Of a stretch of 64,000 nt of DNA, positions 55,250 through 64,000 are shown one piece after another (positions within the stretch are counted from its first letter, which is position 1; every line of letters starts with the position of its first letter). Both the position numbers and the translations under genes were made by a program. Source of the DNA: Octopus vulgaris. Its lineage: Eukaryota. Below the pieces are notes generated by a model, which was given only the letters and a program-made list of their open reading frames with translations, did not search any database and was not told the DNA's origin. The DNA lies in NCBI GenBank assembly GCA_951406725.2, contig OX597822.1, forward strand, positions 44,206,001 through 44,270,000, given 5' to 3'.

Positions 55250-55950
55250 CGTTTACAGCCCTCAGCCAATCAGGCATTGCGATAGGTGGGGGAAATCCAC
55301 TTTAACGTTTTATAGTGAGAAGGGACAGGAAAGAGCGACGACATCATTGGGGAGACCCTGGGTGTCAAAGACGATAAACTCGCTGCCCTCTTCCGGAGAA
55401 CTTTCGGCCCAGGGACAATGGACGACTTCCAGAAACCCATGACCTGGCAGTGCTATCGTAGAGTTTTGCTTGTTCGAGATAAACTCAACATGCACTGAAG
55501 TCTCGTCTGCCGAGCGACGGAACTGTCCTGCATACACTCGTCCGTGCCCGAGCTTTATTGACTTGTGGGTTTATGTCGAACAAATGCTATTACGTGTGGG
55601 ACGAATCTGGCCATCAATTGAATCAATTCCGAATGTCGTCTCTCCGCTTTCTTTTAAGCAGGAATAGCAGGCAAACTTAATACTAGTAGTGGCCATGGCA
55701 AAAGAGGTTTCATGGTGAAGGAGATTGAAGGGGATGCAGAAACACTTTCCTCTTTGGCCAATCCTTCGCCAACTTCAGGTTTCATTTGAAGAGGAAAATA
55801 ATGAAAGAGTGAGAAGTGCTGCTTTTCAGCAATATTCGTGAAAGGCTCATGAGAGTAGCGAGCATGGAGCGACTGCTAGGATCTGCCCTGAGCATACGCC
55901 TGTAAATTGGAGACAAGAGACTAAGAAAAGACACCTGTGCCAGAACTCAG
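55250..55950 (+). pseudogene. L1/Tx1-like LINE ORF2 C-terminal fragment
   Basis: Frameshifted MDDFQKPMTWQCYRRVLLVRDKL...TVLHTL..CPSFIDLWVYVEQML...ILVVAMAKEVSW*RR resembles the zinc-binding C-terminus (ETxxH...CP...W) of L1/Tx1. Confidence 0.6.
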
Positions 55951-56079
55951 GGCACCTATGGTTTCATGAGGGGTTTCCATGAACAGTCCTCAAACGCGTC
56001 CTTCCTATGGACGAATACTCACAGTTAAAATGTTATTGCTACTTATTCCTGCTGCACCGGATTATACGCAAAATCCTGA

Positions 56080-56199
<120 letters not shown>

Positions 56200-56289
56200 C
56201 ACTCAGTATTTGACTTGTTCCGTCCTTAATGATTTCCGTAATGTAAACCTCTTGTTGTTAATGAAGAAATTATTATTATTATTATTATT

Positions 56290-56951
56290 GAGTGAAAGAG
56301 CGGTTCATGCCATCAAAGTGACACTGGTGTAAAATATACGAAGCCCAATATACCCATCATGACTACCCGTCTGATAAGGGTACACCAGGCACATGCATCA
56401 CAACCATATGTGCGCGACATGGTGATCTCATATCAAGATAAACAGCACATGACCTTGCAGGTGGGGCTCAGTTAGAATTTTCTTCAGGTTGAGTAACCCA
56501 TCCCGCTCAAAAGGTCCCTGAATAAGGGTTGTTTAAGGATGTTGAAAGAACCACCCATGTTTCCAGAGGTGAATTATTCAAACCTCAAAGAATCCCTCTC
56601 AACACATGGCTATGATGCTTTCCCACTACTTCTGCTCGTGATCAGAGATGCACATATCCTCAGCCACTAAGGGACATCCTCAACTGGTTAAAGTCAAACA
56701 ACTGACAAGCAAATCTGTGGTATTGAGCATAATATTTGCTGTAGCCCATCTTTTATACCAAGACAAAACAATGTACATGATAACACTTTCAATCAGTTAA
56801 GATCAGAAGCCATGAGAGCTACTGCCTGGTACTGCATCAGGGCATTTATACTGCATCAGGGCATTTACTGCATCAGGGCATCTTACTGCATCAGGGCATT
56901 TACTGCATCAGGGCATTTATTACTGCATCAGGGCATTTACTGCATCAGGGC
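56290..56951 (-). mobile_element. Unclassified ~550-bp repeat abutting (TTA)n, with a terminal 17-mer reiterated about 7 times
   Basis: Paralog of 54713-55245. TACTGCATCAGGGCATT is tandem at 56830-56951. Confidence 0.8.
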
Positions 56952-58580
<1,629 letters not shown>

Positions 58581-59097
58581 ATTAGGTTGTTTGCTAGAAG
58601 CGTTAGTAAAAAAGTAAAAAAAAAAAAAGGGTCACCGTGTTTCTACGAGATTCTTGCATCTTGCGTTCTGATTACGCTGGTGACAAAAAAATATAAGGAA
58701 CACGTGATTGCTGACCTTATTGCGGAATTTATTACCATCATCATTATCATGATCGTTATGGGTATCATCATCTTCATCATCACCGGCGTCGTGGTCGACG
58801 TAGTTTTCTTCCTCATCATCATCATAATCATCGTCATCGTCATTATCCTCATTATCATCATCGTCCTCATAATCATTATCATCGTTTTGTAGCTCACTAT
58901 TTGCATGAACATAACCCCTACCACAAACTCCACCACCACCAACACTGCAAACTCTGTGACTACGACCACTGCCACAAACGCCACCGTCATCACCACCACC
59001 ACCACCACCACCGACACCTCCATCTCTGTATGTCTGTAATTTCTATTATTATTCCAATTTTCATTTAAGTTCCAATTCATTATTATTATTGTTGTTG

Positions 59098-59141
<44 letters not shown>

Positions 59142-59466
59142 TTTACCAATAGCTTTGTTGTTGTTGTTGGCGTTCCGTTTTTACAGGAAATCGAATTATT
59201 ACCGATCAAATAAGGAGAGCATTATGGCAAAACTGTTTCCATGACAACCACAACAACAACATCATGATCATCATTACCAGCAGCAGCAGCAGCAGCAGAA
59301 GCACCATCACCACCACCACCACTGCCGCCACCATTATTACCACCACCACTTACATTTTTACCACCACCAACACCAACAACACCACCCCGCCATCGCTACT
59401 ACTGCTACTACAACTACTACTAATACTACTACAAAAGCTACTACTACTGCAACTGATGCCTCTGCG

Positions 59467-59517
<51 letters not shown>

Positions 59518-59868
59518 GCTACTGCTTCTACTACTACCACTACTGCTACTGCTGCTGCTGCCACTACTACCACTACTAATACTACTGCTACTGTTACTAC
59601 TGCTGCTGCTGCGGCTACTACTACTACTACTGGTATTACCACGACTGCCGCTGCTGCTGCTAGTGTTGCTACAACTACAACAATACAAACGATAACAATG
59701 ACGATGACAGAACAACAATGATATCAGACACGCCCCTCCCCTTCCTCTAATTACTGAAGCGGATTAATTTGTAAAATTGAATATATTTATATAATTAAAA
59801 ACAAACGGATAAATGTGCGTCCATGCACATTCTTACATAGAATTTCACCCCCGCCCCAACATCACTGC

Positions 59869-59940
<72 letters not shown>

Positions 59941-60026
59941 TGATATACATGCATGTATGTATACACGCACGCACACACGCACATACAAACATACATTTAG
60001 CTATATCTTTATATATATATATATAT

Positions 60027-60072
<46 letters not shown>

Positions 60073-60829
60073 ATAGACAGTTAAATATATATATGTACAT
60101 ATATGTATGTATACTCACACGCAAATGCGCATACAACTATATACACATTGCACGCTTTTTTTGGTAAGACCTCATTGAGCAGATACATTCCGGCCTGGAA
60201 ACTCACTCAAACCCAATATTTTTATCTCTTTCCAACAAGGATTATACAATTTCTGTCCCGTTCTTAAGACCGTATGGATTGATCTGTTGCACATTTGGAT
60301 GCGACGTCTATAAGATGGCAGAACCTCGTCAAATTTGCTTCATACTTCTAACAAATAATTATCATATTTCTTTTTACCCTTGTCAGACATGATTGGGAGG
60401 GCACACTTATGACGTGAGGTTTTCCAATGATGGCAATCAAATTTCCTCAATGAAGACATTATGTAACATGTCCTTCTGTTTGCAAGATGAAAGGGTGTGT
60501 TTTCAGTGAGAGTTTGGGTGCTACTTTAAGCAGGTCGCATTATGATGCAGATGTTCTCTCGTTGAATATTGTTCCAGGTGCAAAAGCTCAATGGAAAAAG
60601 AATTGAAGCTGAGGGAATTCTAGAACGAAGTAGCTGCACTGAGTAAAATGTCCGACATGTGCAGATTGGTGTAAGGAGAGAGGAAGTAGTGTAACCGGAA
60701 ATGGTTATGCTGATGGAAGCGAATATAGAAATGTCGGTGATTACAATAGATTCTGGAGATGAAAAAGAGTAAAGAAAGCTAGGAGATAGAAAGAGAGGGA
60801 TGGAGAGAGACGTAGAAAAAGACAGAGAG

Positions 60830-61185
60830 TAAAGAAATAGGTATTTCGTCTGCCGCTCCGTTCTGAGTTCAAATTCCGCATGGTCGACTTTGCCTTTCAT
60901 CCTTTCGGGGTCCATAAATTAAGTACCAGTTACGCATTGGAGTCGATATAATCGACTTAATCCGTTTGTCTGTCCTTGTTTGTCGTCTCTGTGTTTAGCC
61001 CCTTGTGGGCAGTAAAGAAATAGGTATTTCGTCTGCCTCTACGTTCTGAGTTCAAATTCCGCCGAGGTTGTCTTTGCTTTTCGGTGTGGATAAATTAAGT
61101 ACCAGTTACTTACTGGGTTCGATCTAATCGACTGGCCGCCTCCCCAAAAATTCCAGGCCTTGTGCCTATAGTAGAAAGGAATATT
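60830..61185 (+). mobile_element. Dimeric family A SINE
   Basis: Two B-box modules with the same linker as at 29380-29450 and 33575-33645. Confidence 0.8.
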
Positions 61186-61196
61186 ATTATTATTAT

Positions 61197-62192
61197 TCAG
61201 TAGTTTTATTTTTATTTTTATAGCGTGCTTTCACTTCACTACCGAGCGCAGCTCTGTGTGCCTTGGGTATGTGCTGTGATTTGTTGTGATGCTCTGATGG
61301 TTATTGTATGGAAAGTGTTCTGCATAGGATGTGTGCAGTGCCTAGTAGTGCAATTTTCTGTATGTTATATGTGTTTGTAAGTCCTGGTGTTTTTGTTATG
61401 TATTTGTCTGAATATTTTTTTATCATGCCTAATGCACCTACTATGATAGGAATTGTTTCTGTTTTCAGATTCCACATTCTAGTTACCTCTATTTCCAGGT
61501 CTTTGTATTTTGAGAGTTTCTCCATTTCTTTTAGAGACACGTTGTCATCTGCCGGTACTGATACATCAATTAGAAAGCATTTTTTTCTTCATGGTCTCTG
61601 ACAACTATATCTGGTCTGTTGGCCTTAATTTCTCTATCTGTGTGTATCGGCATATCCCAGAGTATGGTTGCTTTCTCGTTTTCTGTGACCTTTTCTGGTG
61701 TGTGCCTATACCATCTTTTTTCTGTTGTTATTCCATAATGTTGGCATAGCTTCCAATGTATGTAAGTTCCAACTCTGTCGTGTCTGTGAATATATTCCTT
61801 CTTAGCCAGGACTGGGCAGCTAGAGATAATATGATTTATTGTTTCTTGTCCATCTCCACATATTCTGCAGTTACTTGTAATATTTCTTTTCATTACATGT
61901 TTTTGGTAATTTCTGGTGGGGAGGCTTTGGTCTTGTGCTGCAATTAAAAATCCCTCTGTCTCTGCTTTGAGTCCTGAGCTTCTCAACCATTGCTGGGATT
62001 TTTCTTTGTCTATTTCTTTTGCGTTTAGTTTAGTCCAGTATTTACCATGAAGGGGCTTTTCTTGCCATCGTTTTATCATGGTTCGTTGCTGTTCTATTTT
62101 TAGTTTGGATTTCATTTTTTTTATAGCTTTTGTTGTTTCTTCATCTTCTTCTTCTTCTTCATGTTTATTAGGTGGTATGATTTCTTGTTTGT

Positions 62193-62197
<5 letters not shown>
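61197..62197 (-). mobile_element. 5'-truncated R4/Dong-clade LINE (CCHC knuckle plus restriction-like endonuclease) in a (TAA)n tract
   Basis: ORF 61570-62115 has WQEKPLHGKY, AAQDQSLPTRNY, CRICGDGQETINHIISSC, RHDRV and RPDIV. ORF 61301-61540 has EMEKLSKYKDL and PIIVGALG. There is one frameshift, and (TAA)n lies on both sides. Confidence 0.9.
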
Positions 62198-62268
<71 letters not shown>

Positions 62269-62329
62269 GTTGTTGTTGTTGTTGTTGTTGTTGTTATTAT
62301 TATTATTATTATTATTGTTGTTGTTGTTG

Positions 62330-62397
<68 letters not shown>

Positions 62398-62399
<2 letters not shown>

Positions 62400-62855
62400 G
62401 GCGGCGAGCCGGCAGAATCGTTAGAACTCAGAACATAAAGTTCTGAGTTCTAACGATTCTGCCGGAGTTCAAGTTCCGCCGACATCGACTTTGCCTTTCA
62501 ACCTATCGGATTAGATAAATTAAGTACCAGTTACGTACTGGGATCGATCTAACCGACTGGTCCCCTCTGCAAAGATTTCGGGCCTTGTGTCTAGGCTAGA
62601 AAAGTATATTCTTATTCATATTTAAGGCGTCAAGCTGGTAGAATCGTCAGCTCACCAGGCAAAATACTTAGCGGTATTTCGTCTGACGCTACGTTCTCGG
62701 TTCAAATTCCGCCGAGGTTGACTTTGACTTTCATCCTTTTGGGGTCGATTAATTAAGTACCAGTTACACACTGGGTTCGATGTAATCGACTTAATCCCTT
62801 ATATAATCCCTTCCTCCAAATGTAAGGCCTTGTGCATCCAGTAGAAAGGATTATT
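62398..62855 (+). mobile_element. Two family A SINE copies
   Basis: AAGGCGGCGAGCCGGCAGAATCGTTAG..., with B-boxes and central domains. Confidence 0.8.
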
Positions 62856-63514
62856 ATTATTCATATTTTGGGATCTGATTTAATGGACAGATGCAGGTAC
62901 CATTCAAGATTTAACATGCAAGAAACTACGAAAAAAATTTCTGCGAGTAATATTTTAGTATTGCATTAAGAATATATAATGGTAGTAGATATTCCAAGGG
63001 TTTAAAGTATTCTTCTGTGAGAAGAAGAGAATCTACGGGTATTAATGGCGTTGTTCGGTAGGAGATGAAGACATAGAAGGAAAAGGAAAGGAGGTGGGAG
63101 TGGTAAAAAAGAAGAAAAAGACGGGGTGGAGGTGGAGGAAAAGAATGCAGGAGAAGAGGAAGCGGACGTGGTCGATAAACATGTTATTGACAAATAGAGA
63201 AGTTCAATATGATGAATTCTACGACTTAGCAGCACATTTGAGGATTCTTAGTTAATGTAGAAATAAAAGAAGATTGTTAAACAGACTTCAATTTATGGGA
63301 AACAACGCCATTATAACAAACGGAGAGGGAAAAAAATTGTATGAAAAATACATTGAGATTTCTGGGAAATTTACAAACTGTAAACAACTAAAATGGATTT
63401 AATGAAATGCATACATAAATATTTACATAGATACACATACATACATACATTATACATACATATATATAGTCACATTCAGTGAGATATATTTCATTATACA
63501 TACATATACATATA

Positions 63515-63576
<62 letters not shown>

Positions 63577-63609
63577 TGTATGTATAATGAAATATATATA
63601 TATATGTAT

Positions 63610-64000
63610 ACTCTTATATTTGTTTCAGTCATTTGACTCCGGCCATGCTGGAGCAACGTTTTGGTCGAGCAAATCGACCCCAGGACTTATTGTTTGTAAA
63701 CCTAGTACTTATTCTCTCGATCTCTTTTGCCGAACTGCTAGACGACAGGGATGTAAACACACCAGCAATGTTTGTCAAGTGACGGTGGGGGGGGGGGGGG
63801 CTAACACAGACATAGAAGCATATACACACACACATATAACTATATATATATATACGACGAGCTTCTTTCAGTTTCCGTCTACCAAATCCACTCACAGGGC
63901 TTTGGTCTGCCCGAGGCTATAGTAGAAGACACTTGCCCAAGCTGTCACGCAGTGGGACTGAACCCGGAACTTTGTAGTTGTTAAGCAAGCTACTTACGAT
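63610..64000 (-). mobile_element. SINE family B (runs off the window end)
   Basis: Reverse complement of the 27501-27890 consensus. Confidence 0.85.

Noticed and set aside
56830-56951. CRISPR-like or telomere-like array
   Set aside because: It is a 17-mer with 1-4 nt spacers derived from the end of an interspersed repeat.
60526-60915. 129-aa minus-strand ORF and a nearby TTCCAG acceptor-like site
   Set aside because: The ORF starts inside an antisense SINE and crosses a CT-rich tract. All plus frames after the acceptor hit stops quickly.

Overview
This is AT-rich, microsatellite-saturated animal DNA. The SINE, LINE and repeat landscape resembles an octopus or other cephalopod, which is an inference. 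I found no convincing host-gene exon, and almost all ORFs in the supplied track are translations of simple repeats. Recognisable content is mobile DNA: a non-autonomous Helitron, a decayed full-length mariner plus a mariner MITE, three tRNA-derived SINE families in many copies, fragments of CR1-, RTE-, L1/Tx1- and R4/Dong-like LINEs, and a frameshifted Penelope-like element (RT plus C-terminal GIY-YIG). The main non-obvious signal is about 18 type-I hammerhead-ribozyme (HHR) motifs, intact to heavily degenerate, from several sequence families and nearly all in short elements abutting (TA)n tracts. One lies in the inverted pseudo-LTR of the Penelope-like element. One is overlapped by a perfect 34-bp antisense arm. 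One multicopy family carries U instead of A at core position 6. A further repeat family has hammerhead core strands in permuted order. All structures were folded by eye and none has been computed or tested.
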